Source: Terriglobia bacterium
GTDB taxonomy: Bacteria; Acidobacteriota; Terriglobia; 20CM-2-55-15
Assembly: GCA_965218585.1 (NCBI GenBank)
Contig: CBDCLE010000009.1
Coordinates: 1-64,000, forward strand
Direction: 5' to 3'
DNA length: 64,000 nucleotides
In this document: positions 1 through 11,413 of the stretch, piece by piece
Position numbering within the stretch: the first letter of the stretch is position 1
Layout: the number at the start of each line of letters is the position of its first letter
Program-made: the position numbers and the translations under genes
The notes under the pieces: generated by a model
What the model was told of the DNA's origin: nothing
Database searches by the model: none
What the model saw: only the letters and a program-made list of their open reading frames with translations

Positions 1-663
1 GAACGTCTGGGCCCCATCGACGAGCGTCAGTATCCCGCGCTCCCGAGCGATACCGCAGAGCTCTTTGGCAGGGAACCGCGTACCGAAAGTACTCGTTACA
101 TGCGTAAACGCCAGAACCTTGGTCTGGGGCCCCATAGCGGCGACCATCTGTTCAACGATGGCATCGGCTGAGGGCGGCGGCGTCGGGATCGACACGGCTT
201 TGACCGTAAAGCCGAACCGTTCTGCCTTGTCCCTCCACGACTGATTGTTCGTCGGGTGGTTTTCGTCGAATATGACGACTTCGTCGCCCGACGACAACTC
301 CAGGCCGCTGCTGACGAAATTGTTCGCTTCGCTCGTGTTTCGGACGATGACGATCTCTTCCGGCGTGACGTTCAGAAACGCAGCGATCCTGGCGCGGACA
401 TCTTCCCGCCCCTGGCTGAACTTAGCTCGATTCTGGAAGGACGGGTTCGAGTCCATGTCCCGCGTATAGCGAAACAGAACGTCGTTGACGGACGCCGGAG
501 CAGGGCAAAGGTTCGCGGCGTTCATCACGATGAGGTTCTCTTGCAAGGTGAACTGGTTCTGAACATCCGTCCAGCCGTCGAAATCGGTCTGCCGCAATGT
601 GGTGGTCCCGACCGCCGCGACGGCAAACACTTTCCCGAATTCACGTCTCGAAAGGTTAGTCAT
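1..663 (-). CDS. Class V PLP-dependent aminotransferase (cysteine desulfurase/isopenicillin N epimerase-like) with Tat signal; runs off the window edge
   Basis: Manual translation from ATG 663: MTNLSRREFGKVFAVAAVG (Tat motif), MNAANLCP, HVTSTFG, LVDGAQTF class V motifs. Not in the ORF track because there is no stop within the window. Confidence 0.8.
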   Translation of the reverse strand, partial: MTNLSRREFGKVFAVAAVGTTTLRQTDFDGWTDVQNQFTLQENLIVMNAANLCPAPASVNDVLFRYTRDMDSNPSFQNRAKFSQGREDVRARIAAFLNVTPEEIVIVRNTSEANNFVSSGLELSSGDEVVIFDENHPTNNQSWRDKAERFGFTVKAVSIPTPPPSADAIVEQMVAAMGPQTKVLAFTHVTSTFGTRFPAKELCGIARERGILTLVDGAQTF

Positions 664-810
664 GCGATCCCCCTTGTTTCGGTTCGATCTCGGAGTCAGT
701 GAGCAATTCTATTCCCGATCTTGTGAGAATGACAAGGACAGGGTTCGGCCGCCGCGACTGTCCAGTTACCGTGAAGGCGGTGCCCAACTTGATCGTCCGC
801 GGGCCCCGAC

Positions 811-1206
811 CTACTCCACCGCTGTTGCCTCAATCTCAATCATCAACTCAGGGAACGCCAACCGCGCCACGCCCAACAGCGTGCCCGCCGGTCGACATCC
901 CGCCGCCCCCAGTCGTTGGCCGACGACATCGGCGACTTCCAGGAACTTATCCACGTCGGTCGTGTAATAGGTCAACCGCACAACGTTCTCAGGCGCGAGC
1001 CCGGCTTGCTTCAACACCGTTTCCAGATTGTCGATAGCCTCGTTAAGTTGCGCACGCATATCCCCGTCATGAACCGTATTACCTTCCGCATCGATCGAAG
1101 TCTGTCCGGCGATGAACAGCGTGCGTTTGATTCCACTCACGTCGTTGCACTGAACGAATCCGTGCTGGTCCTGCCATTTCCATGGGTTGATGATTTTTCG
1201 ATTCAT
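811..1206 (-). CDS. RidA/YjgF/YER057c/UK114 family protein
   Basis: LFIAGQTS, NLETVL, VVRLTYY, LAFPELMIEIEATA motifs; GGAGG RBS. Confidence 0.9.
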   Translation of the reverse strand: MNRKIINPWKWQDQHGFVQCNDVSGIKRTLFIAGQTSIDAEGNTVHDGDMRAQLNEAIDNLETVLKQAGLAPENVVRLTYYTTDVDKFLEVADVVGQRLGAAGCRPAGTLLGVARLAFPELMIEIEATAVE

Positions 1207-1616
1207 CTATCCTCCTTCTGTTGACGGGCATGTCCGGAAAGCTGTCTGCTTGTGGTCTCGAAGCGACCCTGCGGCGGATTTTACAACGAATAGAAATAAA
1301 ACGATGGCGGCCCGCTGACTGGTGGAAGTGATTTCAGCCAGCGGGCCTCACCACCGAACCCGGCGACCATAGGGCTGGGTGGCACGAGAGAATGTAACAG
1401 AGTTTAACGAAACTCACTCGAACAAAACGCTGGGTCAGACTGAAATAGATCTGCTGATTCCTGTAGTCTGGAGCTGCGGGGTTCTGGATTGACCTCAACT
1501 CCTTTGTGTAGTCTGATTCATCGGATGAGGAAGAATCGGACGCAAGAGTGATTCTTGTTACCACACCGGATCAGGATTCTGAACTGGGGTTGTGGCTTTC
1601 TCCATATCTAATGTTT

Positions 1617-2285
1617 ATGCGAAGAATCGTTGAACCAGAATTGATGGACGATCGGGAACAGGCCGAGGCGTATGCACGGGCTGATTTCGAAGAATCAAAC
1701 CGCGCGATAGTGGAGTCGTTTGACGTTCATTTTCCGGGTGTCAGACTGTCGGGAGATATCCTCGACCTGGGCTGTGGCCCGGGCGATATCACGTTTCAAT
1801 TTGCGGCCCGGTTTCCGAGCAGTTTCGTTCTGGGCGTGGACGGTTCCTCCGTCATGATCGAACTCGCTAACGACAGGAAGGCCCGTCAAGCCGGTTTGTT
1901 CGACCGAGTCACTTTCAAGGAAGGGTTCATCCCCGGGGTTCCCATTCCCAACCAAAAGTACGCAGCTATCGTGAGCAACAGTTTTCTGCACCATCTTCAC
2001 CGGCCCGAGGTCTTGTGGCAGACCGTTTCTCGACATGCCTCTGCTGGAACGAAGATTTTCATCACAGATCTGTGTCGTCCCGCGAGTCAGCAAGAAGCGT
2101 CCGAGGTCGTGAACGAGTATGCGGCAGGAGAACCCGAGATCCTGCGAAGAGACTTCTATAATTCTCTGCTCGCCGCTTTTGAGCCCAGCGAGATTGAAGC
2201 GCAAGTCGCTGAGGCGGGTTTCAACAAACTTCGAGTAGAGATGATCAGTGACCGCCATTTATCCATTTTCGGTGAAAAAGGCTGA
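1617..2285 (+). CDS. Class I SAM-dependent methyltransferase
   Basis: MRRIVEPELMD N-terminus, ILDLGCGPG motif I, GVDGS, SNSFLHH. Confidence 0.85.
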   Translation: MRRIVEPELMDDREQAEAYARADFEESNRAIVESFDVHFPGVRLSGDILDLGCGPGDITFQFAARFPSSFVLGVDGSSVMIELANDRKARQAGLFDRVTFKEGFIPGVPIPNQKYAAIVSNSFLHHLHRPEVLWQTVSRHASAGTKIFITDLCRPASQQEASEVVNEYAAGEPEILRRDFYNSLLAAFEPSEIEAQVAEAGFNKLRVEMISDRHLSIFGEKG

Positions 2286-2352
2286 GCTTGCGACTCGCAA
2301 TAGCTCCGCGTAGGCTAGTTGGTGACCACATCTAATCGAATCGGAGGTAGGG

Positions 2353-3795
2353 ATGAAAACCCGAATACGACACCATTGGATGCTCGCGGCAGGCGCTGCC
2401 CTGGGCTTGTCCCTCGCCGCTAGCGCGCAGAGCCCGGCTTCCGTCGTTCAGTCGGTCGAGAGTCGGCGATCTCACTACGCGGACATGGCGAAACAGATCT
2501 GAGACCTTGCTGAAGTCGGGTACCAGGAAGTGCAGAGTTCGGGAATCCTGCAGGCCGAATTGGAATCGGCCGGCTTCGATGTGGAAAGCGCCGTTGCCGG
2601 AATGCCCACGGCTTTTGTCGCCAGTTACGGGGTTGGCTCGCCGGTCATCGGAATCCTCGCTGAGTTCGACGCGTTGCCCGGGATCTCGCAACAGGTAGCT
2701 GGGGAACGTGCACCTATCCCTGGACTTGGCGCGGGACATGCATGCGGCCACCACCTGTTCGGAACTGGTTCGGTAGCGGCCGCCATCGCCGCGAAGGAAT
2801 GGTTGGAACAGTCCGGAACCCAGGGGACGATCCGTCTGTATGGGACGCCCGCTGAAGAGGGCGGTGCCGGTAAGGTCTACATGGTGCGGGCGGGATTATT
2901 CGACGGCGTCGATACAGTCCTTGCCTGGCATCCGGGCGACGCCAACAACGCAAGCCCGGCCACATCTCTGGCCAATATTTCCGCCAAGTTTCGTTTCAGC
3001 GGTGTTTCGGCTCACGCGGCTGGAGCTCCGGAGCAGGGGCGTTCGGCGCTCGACGGTGTGGAAGCCATGAACCACATGGTGAATCTGATGCGGGAGCATG
3101 TCGCCGAAGAGTCGCGCATCCACTACGTGATCACGAGTGGAGGATCAGCTCCGAACGTCGTTCCGGATTTTGCGGAAGTCTACTACTACGTCCGGCATCC
3201 CGACGTAGAAATCGCAAAGAGCAACTTCGACCGGGTCGTCCAGGCAGCCCAAGGCGCCGCCATGGGCACGGATACAGAGGTAGAGTACGAACTCATCCAC
3301 GGACTGTACAGCATGTTGCCGAATCACTACGTCGGCAGACTACTTGAGACCTCTCTGCGTGAGGTCGGCGGCTACAGTTACACGCCAGAAGAAGAATCCT
3401 TTGCCAAACAGATCATCTCTACGCTAGTCGAGCCCGGGACTATCGGATCACAGGAACAGGTGCGGGACTGGATGCCAACCTCCTCTGGTGGGTCGACAGA
3501 CGTAGCGGATGTCAGTTGGGTTGTTCCGACAGCCCAAATCCGAGCAGCGACGTGGGTCCCCGGAACACCGGCGCATAGTTGGCAAGCTGTCGCTGCCGGC
3601 GGAATGAGTATCGGGACAAACGGGATGATGATTGCCGCAAAGACACTGGCTCGAACGGCAGTCGAAATTTTCAGTAATCCAGATCATGTCGAAGAAGGGC
3701 TGGCAGAACTGGAGCGCCAGCGCGGTGACGGCTTCGAATACGAGTCCCTCGTCGGTGACCGGGAACCCCCTCTGGATTACCGCGTGAACCCGTAG
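2353..3795 (+). pseudogene. Secreted M20D amidohydrolase (AbgB-like) interrupted by an in-frame TGA at 2500-2502
   Basis: GGAGG + ATG 2353, signal peptide ASA|Q, then KQI*DLAEVGYQE in the same frame as ORF 2530-3795 (EFDALP, GHACGH, PAEEGG, GGSTD, PAHSW). Confidence 0.8.
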
Positions 3796-4025
3796 CCTTA
3801 GCGTGATCTGGCGAGGGGCCGACGAGTTTTGATCGCGCTTCGGTCCGACTGCGGGAGAGATCCACGAACTGTACTCGACGGTGCTCCCCGCCCTTGATGC
3901 CCAGGGTGTTGCGTCACATCTTTAAAGAAATTACAAAATGCGCGGCGTTCAGAAATGTGGTCTATACTGCCGCGAACTCGAAACCGGACATGTAGGTTCA
4001 GTGTCCAGTTTTCCGGAGAGAGCAA

Positions 4026-4826
4026 TTGGAACGCAGACGGATTCTCCGATTACTGACCTCGGCGGCAACGGGCCTATGGGCCACGACTACGCTTCCTTCG
4101 GCCTCTCTAGAAGCAGCGGTTCCAAATCGCGCGTCCCAGGATTCCCTTGTTGCCAACATCCCGCTTTTTCCTTTACCGCTGGTTCTGTTTCCCGAAACGA
4201 ATCTCCCACTGCACATCTTCGAACCGCGGTATAAAGAGATGATTCAGGATTGCCTCGAAAACGGCTGGGAGTTCGGAATCCTGCTGGACCAGGAAGGGTC
4301 GGTCAGAAACACCGGCTGCACTGCTTCTATCTCCGAGGTGCTGGACACGTTTCCGGATGGCCGTATGAACATTCTGGTTCGAGGCCAGCGGCGTTTCGAG
4401 GTTTCGATGTTCGACGAGGAACGATCCTATCTGCGGGGGAAGCCGCAGTTCCTTGGAGACCTTGCCGGCGAGTCCGTCGATTCCGAACTTCAGGAACGCG
4501 GCGTTCGGCTCAATGAGCGCCTGAGGGAATTGATACGGCTGGAAAACGAACCGTTTCACACGCCCCCTCCCGTTCGGACCGATACGCAACTGTCCTATCG
4601 GATAATGGCCGGCGTGCCGGCGGTGCTGGATTGGAAGCAGGATTTGCTGGAACTTCGATCGGAATCCGAACGTCTGGTCAGGGTCGTCAGTTATTTCGAA
4701 CAGTTGATAGAGCGTCTGGGCACTCGTCCCGATTCCGGGTCACAGATCGTCTGGGTCGAGCGCAGAAATCCGAAAACGAGTGCCGCCCGGGTCGATGACC
4801 CTAAAATCTCTTCCCGGCCTGACTAA
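4026..4826 (+). CDS. Lon protease N-terminal substrate-binding domain protein with a Tat-like leader
   Basis: IPLFPLPLVLFP-LPLHIFEPRYKEMI signature; N-terminal RRRILRLL plus hydrophobic stretch; no AAA or protease domain. Confidence 0.8.
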   Translation: MERRRILRLLTSAATGLWATTTLPSASLEAAVPNRASQDSLVANIPLFPLPLVLFPETNLPLHIFEPRYKEMIQDCLENGWEFGILLDQEGSVRNTGCTASISEVLDTFPDGRMNILVRGQRRFEVSMFDEERSYLRGKPQFLGDLAGESVDSELQERGVRLNERLRELIRLENEPFHTPPPVRTDTQLSYRIMAGVPAVLDWKQDLLELRSESERLVRVVSYFEQLIERLGTRPDSGSQIVWVERRNPKTSAARVDDPKISSRPD

Positions 4827-4897
4827 ATCATCTTGTTGGAAGTTCGGAAACAACCCGCCGGCAACCTTTAGGAACACACACCGACAAGGAGAGATAA

Positions 4898-5185
4898 TTG
4901 AAAAAGTTTATGTTTCTGCATTTCGGGTTTGAAAATTCCACCCCGGAAATCATGAAGGCCTGGATGGCCTGGTTTGAATCGATCTCCGACAAGCAGGTCG
5001 AACAGGGTGGGTTCAGCAATGGTCGGGAAATATCAAAAAGTGGGACCAGAGAGCTAGCTTGGGATATGGAATCCATTACTGGTTACAACCTCATCGAGGC
5101 GGAGAATCTTGATGCGGCGGAGAAACTTGCCCAAACCAATCCGTTTGTTTCGAGCATTCGAATCTACGAAGTGAGGTCGATGTAA
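4898..5185 (+). CDS. YciI/DGPF-like dimeric alpha-beta barrel protein
   Basis: MKKFMFL, AWMAWF, ITGYNLIEAENLDAA, IRIYEV; AAGGAG RBS. Confidence 0.75.
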   Translation: MKKFMFLHFGFENSTPEIMKAWMAWFESISDKQVEQGGFSNGREISKSGTRELAWDMESITGYNLIEAENLDAAEKLAQTNPFVSSIRIYEVRSM

Positions 5186-5238
5186 ACTCGTGTTTCCGAG
5201 AGATTTCCTCTCGTGGAGACGTCCCCGATCCACAGTGG

Positions 5239-5949
5239 GTGTTGACGCTGATGACGTCGAGCGTAGTGTGGGGCCTTGTCGTTCTTGCCGGGGCGTTGTT
5301 CGCAATTCTGTATTTCCCTCTCCTTACGAAACTGTCATCGGCCGTCGTCTCGCCATATCCCAAGCCCGACATCAGGAAACGGCTCTTCGCGGGAAACGTG
5401 GATGGTTTGCTGGTGATCACAGGCTGGGTCTACTACAGGTCTTCCGGCGTGATATGGATCGTATTGCTCGGAGTTGTGTATTTACTCGTCCGAGACGCAA
5501 TAGTAGGCCGCAGTGTTGGAAAGTTCCTGGCAGGTCTGGTGGTGATCGATCTTGAAACGGGAAAGCCGTCTTCTTTCCGAGGCTCCGCGCGGCGGAATCT
5601 CCTGTTCCTTTTACCCGGTGCAAACGTCGTTGCCGTCTTCCTTGAAACGGGCACCCTGATGAAGGATCCCCAAGGACAGCGATTGGGAGACAAGTTGGCG
5701 CAGACTCAGGTGGTTGAGGGCTTCGGACTCAAAGACCTGGCAGAGTCATTTGTGCGTTGGTGGGCCAACCTGGACGAAGTGATGACAAGCAGAAGACGGC
5801 CCTGGAGAACTCCGTCACGAGTGGCAGACAAGAATTTCTCGAGGTGTCGGCAACTCGCGCGGTTCAACTGGGTCGTCTACTATATGACCCACCGAGACTG
5901 GCCAGGCGATACGTTCCCCGTGCAACCGCCCTCGCATATCCTTCCTTGA
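5239..5949 (+). CDS. RDD family membrane protein
   Basis: [36 protein letters not shown]; 3' end overlaps the convergent gene. Confidence 0.8.
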   Translation: MLTLMTSSVVWGLVVLAGALFAILYFPLLTKLSSAVVSPYPKPDIRKRLFAGNVDGLLVITGWVYYRSSGVIWIVLLGVVYLLVRDAIVGRSVGKFLAGLVVIDLETGKPSSFRGSARRNLLFLLPGANVVAVFLETGTLMKDPQGQRLGDKLAQTQVVEGFGLKDLAESFVRWWANLDEVMTSRRRPWRTPSRVADKNFSRCRQLARFNWVVYYMTHRDWPGDTFPVQPPSHILP

Positions 5950-6703
5950 CCAGAGTCTGATTCCCGATTCCAGCTTCGAGACGCGACAAGCCTGTGACGC
6001 GCGCCAGCTCACCGGGCAGGGTCAATCCCGCGCCGTCGAGATAGCATTGCGCTACTTCCCGTACAGCTGTCAGCTGGTTCGTTTTTGCAGCGAGTTCTTC
6101 GGGAAACCGCTCCGTGGCCAACTCCCACAGGTAGGTGAACTTTGGTGGGGGATAGATGGCCTCGCTGGGGACTACCAGCATGGTTTTCTGAAGTTCATCC
6201 ATGGCCCGGGTGAACGCTTTCCGATCCGTCACGCCAGATTCGGAACGTAGATCGGCGGTGGCCATTTCCCATTCCCGTCGCAACACCGCGAGAACGGCGA
6301 GGGCCTTTTCGCTCAAACGCATTTTCTCCTGTCGGCGTGGAACGCCCCAGAGGGCATTGAAATACGGAATCATCCGCGGGGCCAGAAACATGGCTCTGCC
6401 CGGCGAAAGCTTGGCGTAGTAGACATGGCCGCGCCTCATGAGTTCGTCCTTCAACCTCCACGTGTGCGAGCTCTCCTGGTCTTTCTGGACATTGCGAGGC
6501 ATGATCGCATCTCGCCTTCCACAGACTGCGATGTAAAGCGACGGACCTGGCCGACGCGAATCTGTCATGCAGGCAGCGAACCCGACTTGTTCAATGAAGC
6601 GCTCCGCCTGTTGTACCGTGTTGACAGGCGAGGTTTCCGACCGGAGCCAACGTGTGTCCCGGTAGTCTTCAATCTCACCGGGCAGCAGTAGTCCACGGGA
6701 CAT
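5864..6703 (-). CDS. AlkZ-related winged-helix protein (crosslink-repair glycosylase-like)
   Basis: [42 protein letters not shown] pattern. Confidence 0.55.
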   Translation of the reverse strand: MSRGLLLPGEIEDYRDTRWLRSETSPVNTVQQAERFIEQVGFAACMTDSRRPGPSLYIAVCGRRDAIMPRNVQKDQESSHTWRLKDELMRRGHVYYAKLSPGRAMFLAPRMIPYFNALWGVPRRQEKMRLSEKALAVLAVLRREWEMATADLRSESGVTDRKAFTRAMDELQKTMLVVPSEAIYPPPKFTYLWELATERFPEELAAKTNQLTAVREVAQCYLDGAGLTLPGELARVTGLSRLEAGIGNQTLVKEGYARAVARGTYRLASLGGSYSRRPS

Positions 6704-6817
6704 GTCCGGAGTCTAAACCCAAAAGACGGTCACTCCCGGGTCATGAAACCTGAAAATGTTTATCCAGAACGTTCGGACACTGTTGAATCAGGAAAAGAGA
6801 GGGAATCCTGGACCCAG

Positions 6818-8452
6818 CTACTCGGGCAACGCCCAGGCCGTAAGCGTCGTGCCCGCCGGCACGAGCACATGCTGACGCCCATCCAGCATGTAGGTGATGG
6901 GGGACGTGCCGTGCAGCCTCGAGCCCATCTGATAGCGCCAGAGCAACTCTCCGCTGCGCGAGTCGAGAGCCAGCAGATTTCCGTCGCTGTCCCCGCTGAA
7001 GAGGAGGCCCGATGCCGTTGTCAGCAGTCCTGATGAGGAAGGTTCCGGCAAGCGGAACTCCCAGAGGCGCTCTCCCGTGGCTGGATCGAGCGCGCGGAGC
7101 GCGCCGTAGACCGGCATCTCCGGATCGTTTCGAATACGCTCACCCGCACCACCGGTAAATCGCTCACCAGGAATGTACTCCTGTTCCCACGCGTAATAGG
7201 TCATGCACGACTCGCGCGCGTTGACGAAGAAAACCTGCGTTGCCGGGTCGAAGCTCGGCGGCCAGAAGTTCGTACCCCCGCTGAGGTCGGGACAGGTGAC
7301 CTCGCCCTCTTCATCGGGTACGTGTCCCGGCAAGAGGACAGGACGGCCATCAGCTCCGATTTCAGTGGCCCAGGTGGTTCGGACGAACGGTTCGGCGAGG
7401 ATCAATTCGCCATTGGCCCGGTCCAGCGTGTAATAGAATCCGTTGCGGTTCGCAAACATCACGACCTGCCGCGTTCGCCCGTCGATCTCGATGTCGGCAA
7501 GAACGGGCACTTCGGTGGCGTCCCAGTCGTGTACGTCGTGAGGAGTGAACTGATAGTGCCAGCTCAGCTCACCTGTACCGGCGTCGAGTGCGACCAGTGA
7601 GGCACTGTAGAGGTTGTCGCCCTCACGGACCGCACCGTTGTAGTCCGGGCCCGGATTGCCGATACCGTAGTAGAGAAGGTTCAGTTCCGGATCGTACGCA
7701 CCGGTGACCCACACGCTGGCACCGCCGGTTTGCCACGAGTCGCCTGCCCATGTCTCATTGCCGGGTTCACCCGGGCCCGGGACCGTGTAGAACCGCCAAA
7801 CCAATTCTCCGCTTTCCGCATCATAGGCGTCGATAAATCCGCGGATGCCGAACTCGCCCCCGGCGACGCCGACGATGATCTTGCCGTCGACCGCCAGCGG
7901 TGCGATGGTCGACGCGTAGCCGATCTGGTAATCCTCCATCGTCGCGTCCCAGACTACGGCACCGGTGCTCATATCCAACGCCAGCAGGTGTGCATCGAGT
8001 GTCGCCAGGTAGAGCTTGTCGCCAAGCATGGCGAAGCCTTTGTTGACGAGTCCGCAGCAGGCCGTCAGTTCAAGGGGCAACTCACGCCGATACGACCAGA
8101 TCTCCCGCCCGCTCCGTGCATCGATCGCCCACGCCGTGTTCGACGGCCCGGTCACGTACAGAACGTTGTCCCGTACGAGGGTGGTTGTTTCGAAGGCGGC
8201 GAGCGTGTTGGTCTGGAAGGTCCACTGTGGGACAAGGTTGCCGACATTCTCCGGTGTGATCTCGGTGAGCGGACTGTGTCGCTGATTCGCGAAATCTCCG
8301 CCGAAAGTCAGCCACCGCGACCCGTCGGAAGGCAGGCCTACCAGGATCTCTTCGGCCGTCACCCTCCCGGGCACCGTCTGCCCGGCGTCAACGGTCGCTG
8401 TGGTGTCAAGGACCAGGAGCAGAACGAAGACAAGAGTCGTAGTCAAACGCAT
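6818..8452 (-). CDS. PQQ-dependent alcohol dehydrogenase (methanol/ethanol family)
   Basis: Signal peptide, RHSPLTEIT, vicinal CC (ACCGLVNKG), GGEFGIRG, GNPGP, GDNLYS, TPHDVHDWD, NRNGF, GGTNF and Trp-docking repeats. Confidence 0.92.
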   Translation of the reverse strand: MRLTTTLVFVLLLVLDTTATVDAGQTVPGRVTAEEILVGLPSDGSRWLTFGGDFANQRHSPLTEITPENVGNLVPQWTFQTNTLAAFETTTLVRDNVLYVTGPSNTAWAIDARSGREIWSYRRELPLELTACCGLVNKGFAMLGDKLYLATLDAHLLALDMSTGAVVWDATMEDYQIGYASTIAPLAVDGKIIVGVAGGEFGIRGFIDAYDAESGELVWRFYTVPGPGEPGNETWAGDSWQTGGASVWVTGAYDPELNLLYYGIGNPGPDYNGAVREGDNLYSASLVALDAGTGELSWHYQFTPHDVHDWDATEVPVLADIEIDGRTRQVVMFANRNGFYYTLDRANGELILAEPFVRTTWATEIGADGRPVLLPGHVPDEEGEVTCPDLSGGTNFWPPSFDPATQVFFVNARESCMTYYAWEQEYIPGERFTGGAGERIRNDPEMPVYGALRALDPATGERLWEFRLPEPSSSGLLTTASGLLFSGDSDGNLLALDSRSGELLWRYQMGSRLHGTSPITYMLDGRQHVLVPAGTTLTAWALPE

Positions 8453-8461
8453 GGTTTTTCC

Positions 8462-9271
8462 CTATGGAACCGCGGGATCGAATCCGCGGAGTGTCACCAG
8501 GTAGCTCACGAGATCGTTGAGTTCACCGTCACTCAGCCGATCCTCGCCGAACACCGGCATTAGCGATTCGGTAGGCTTTTCCAGTGCATCAAGGCTCTCC
8601 TTTTCGAAACCCTGGATCCGTCCTTCCACCGCCATGATCTGAATCGAAAAAAGGTCTTCGTTCTTCGTCACGCCTTGCATCGACTCACCGTCTTGGGTCG
8701 TCAGCGTCACAGGCTCAAAGCCGGAGTTTGATCGTGCCAGATAACCCTCGCGGATCCGCGATACAAGCGTCGCGCGCGATCGAGAGGATCCGATACGGGA
8801 GAGGTCCGGGCCCAACCGCCCGCCGACGGCGTTTACACGATGGCATCCGGAGCAGTTCTGTTGAAAAATTCGTTCACCGTTCAGGGCATCGCCGGTCGGG
8901 GCCTGGGTCAATACCGGTCTCGCCAGCGTCCGAAGGTAGGCCAGGATTTTCCATATCTCATCGTCACGGGGCCCACGGGGCCTTGGGCGCGGACGCATCT
9001 CCGTACCGCTAATCCCGTTCCGAATCGTTCTGAACAAACCCTCGTCGGTTCTTCCCGAGACCCAAACTTCCCTCAGATCGGGCCCCCGAACACCGCCTCC
9101 ATCCACACCATGGCAGTCGGCGCAGTTCAGGCGGTAGAGTCCCATCCCGGTCCGGACCGCAGCCGCATCACCTTCAAACGGGTTCGCCGCCGGCAGATCC
9201 TGGGCTGCGAGCAAACCGCTCCAGGCACCGGCGAGCCACACAACTGTCAGCAGCGAGCGTGTCGGAATCAC
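8462..9271 (-). CDS. Di-heme c-type cytochrome, probable PQQ dehydrogenase partner
   Basis: Two CxxCH (CADCH, CSGCH) with GPDL motifs; GGGAGG RBS before GTG 9271; 9 bp upstream of the PQQ gene. Confidence 0.88.
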   Translation of the reverse strand: MIPTRSLLTVVWLAGAWSGLLAAQDLPAANPFEGDAAAVRTGMGLYRLNCADCHGVDGGGVRGPDLREVWVSGRTDEGLFRTIRNGISGTEMRPRPRPRGPRDDEIWKILAYLRTLARPVLTQAPTGDALNGERIFQQNCSGCHRVNAVGGRLGPDLSRIGSSRSRATLVSRIREGYLARSNSGFEPVTLTTQDGESMQGVTKNEDLFSIQIMAVEGRIQGFEKESLDALEKPTESLMPVFGEDRLSDGELNDLVSYLVTLRGFDPAVP

Positions 9272-9859
9272 TACGTGAGTCCTCCCTGTTCTTCTTGGAA
9301 TGCCCCAGAATATAGCAGAACTTGTCACCGACGCCCACGGCTTTCAAGCGGAGTGCCTAGACCTGGGCGATGGAGATGTGCAATGGGAGAAGTGTGGCAT
9401 GCCGGTGACACGAAACTTGGCCGCGATCAAGACTCTTCCTGAAGACCCTGTGCAAGGACCGAGACCGTCTTGCTAGGTTTGAAAGGGCCAGATCATGTAG
9501 GACAGCTTAATTTAAGAGCGTTAGCAGACCAACTACCACGGAGTACAGGACAAGGAGACCACCCAGGGCCACAAGACCCCACGTAATACGCAGCTTGATC
9601 GTCCCAGGCATGAGAGAGAGCATACTACGGCGTTACCCGTTGGGCCCGCTTTTCCTGCCGAGCCTTTGACGATCCGATTTTCAAACTGAGGCATCCTGAG
9701 GAGAAGGGTTTATTATGGTGTCAATCGAGGAAACCGCTGCTGGCACTCAGCCGCAAACAACGTCGTCCTCAACTGGTTTGAAGAACTGTAAGGAACGGGT
9801 GCCGGTAGGCTGCCGGCGATATTGTTGAAGCGCTGACTCGCAACTTTAAAGGAGAAGTC

Positions 9860-11320
9860 ATGAAACGAATGATCACAGGTGCGTTGCTGTTGGTCCTTTT
9901 CGCGATGTTCCCTGTGTGGGCTCAAGACGGAAAACTGACCGACGACACACGTGTCCAGTCCGCACTGGGACTGCTCGAAACATGGATCGATGCCGAGCGT
10001 GCGTACAAACAGATCCCAGGCCTCTCGATAGGCGTTGTTCATGATCAGGATCTCGTTTGGAGCGACGGATTTGGCTATGCAAACCGTGAACAGCAGATTC
10101 CGGCCACCGCCGAGACTATCTACAGTATCTGTTCCATTTCTAAGCTCTTTACCAGCATCTGAGTCATGCAGCTGCGGGATCAGGGACACCTCAACCTTCG
10201 GGATTCAGTTGGCGAATATCTTCCATGGTTCGACATCACCCAAACCTATCCCGACAGGGCGCCGGTTACGATCCGGGGATTACTCACTCATTCTTCCGGG
10301 CTTCCACGCGAGCCCGATTTTCCGTCTTGGACTGGACCCGATTATGGGTTTCCGACACGAGAGCAGGTCATCGAACGAATCGGAGTACAGGAGACTCTGT
10401 ATCCCGGAGACACCTACTATCAGTACTCGAACCTGGGGATGACAGTTGCGGGTATGGTCGTGGCCGAAGTCTCGGGGCAGTCTTATGAGGACTACGTGAG
10501 GGCGAATATCCTCGACCCTCTGGGCCTTGAAGACACCCGGCCGGAAATGCCGGAGCATCTGTGGGGCAGCCGGCTCGCGCCCGGCTACACTCCCCTCAGC
10601 CGGGATGGCACTCGGGTGAAGGCCCCGTTCTTCCAGGCCAGAGGCATGGCCCCTGCGGCGGGATACTCCTCGACCGTCGAAGACCTGGCCGAATTTGCGT
10701 CGTGGCAGTTTCGGCTGCTCGAAGAGGGCGGAGACGATGTCTTGGACGCCAACACCCTGCGTGAGATGCATCAGGTGCAGTTTCTTGATACGGACTGGCA
10801 GACCGCTCGGGGTTTGGGATTTGGTGTTTCCAGAGTCGACGGCAAGACGTTCGTGGGGCACGGCGGCAGTTGCCCCGGGTATCAAACCAACCTTCGAATC
10901 CAGCCGGACAGCAAAATAGCGACGATCGTCATGGCGAACGCATCCGGCGCTCCGGTCGGCCTGTACACTCGGAGGGCGTCTGAGATCGTCGGACCGGCGA
11001 TAGAAGCTGCGATAGAGTCTCCGGGCGGCGGAGAGGAACTTGACCCCGCGCTCCTTAAATATACCGGCACGTACAGTGCCCAACCCTGGGGAGGGGGGGA
11101 GACTGTCGTGCTCCCGTGGAAGAAAGGGCTGGCGATGATTGCGCTGCCTACGGACGATCCCGTAGAGGCTCTCATTGAATTGGAGCACATCGAAGAGAAT
11201 GTGTTCCGCCGCATCCGCGACGACGGCGAACTGGCCGAGGAAATCGTCTTCGAAATGGACGAGAACAGCGAAGTCACGGACTTGAGGAGAAGAAGCAATT
11301 TCCGTCCCAAGGTGCAGTGA
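9860..11320 (+). pseudogene. Secreted serine hydrolase (class C beta-lactamase family) interrupted by an in-frame TGA at 10160-10162
   Basis: ORFs 9860-10162 and 10166-11320 share a frame: SISK-LFTSI*VMQL, LLTHSSG, YSN, GHGG motifs. Confidence 0.82.
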
Positions 11321-11413
11321 GTTGGAAGAAGTGATCGGCCCGTCTACATCGAGGAAGCCTACTTAAGAAGCGATTTCTGATGACTGTTCCTTGGTTTGCC
11401 CTGGGAGGTGAGA

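Noticed and set aside
1224-1560. Riboswitch or small ORF between ridA and the methyltransferase
   Set aside because: Only a short TGTAGTCTG duplication and a weak hairpin; no recognisable aptamer consensus.
9440-9800. Possible IS end or ncRNA in the intergenic region (TTTTCAAACTGAGGCA near 9678)
   Set aside because: No partner inverted repeat, transposase remnant or convincing RNA structure was found.
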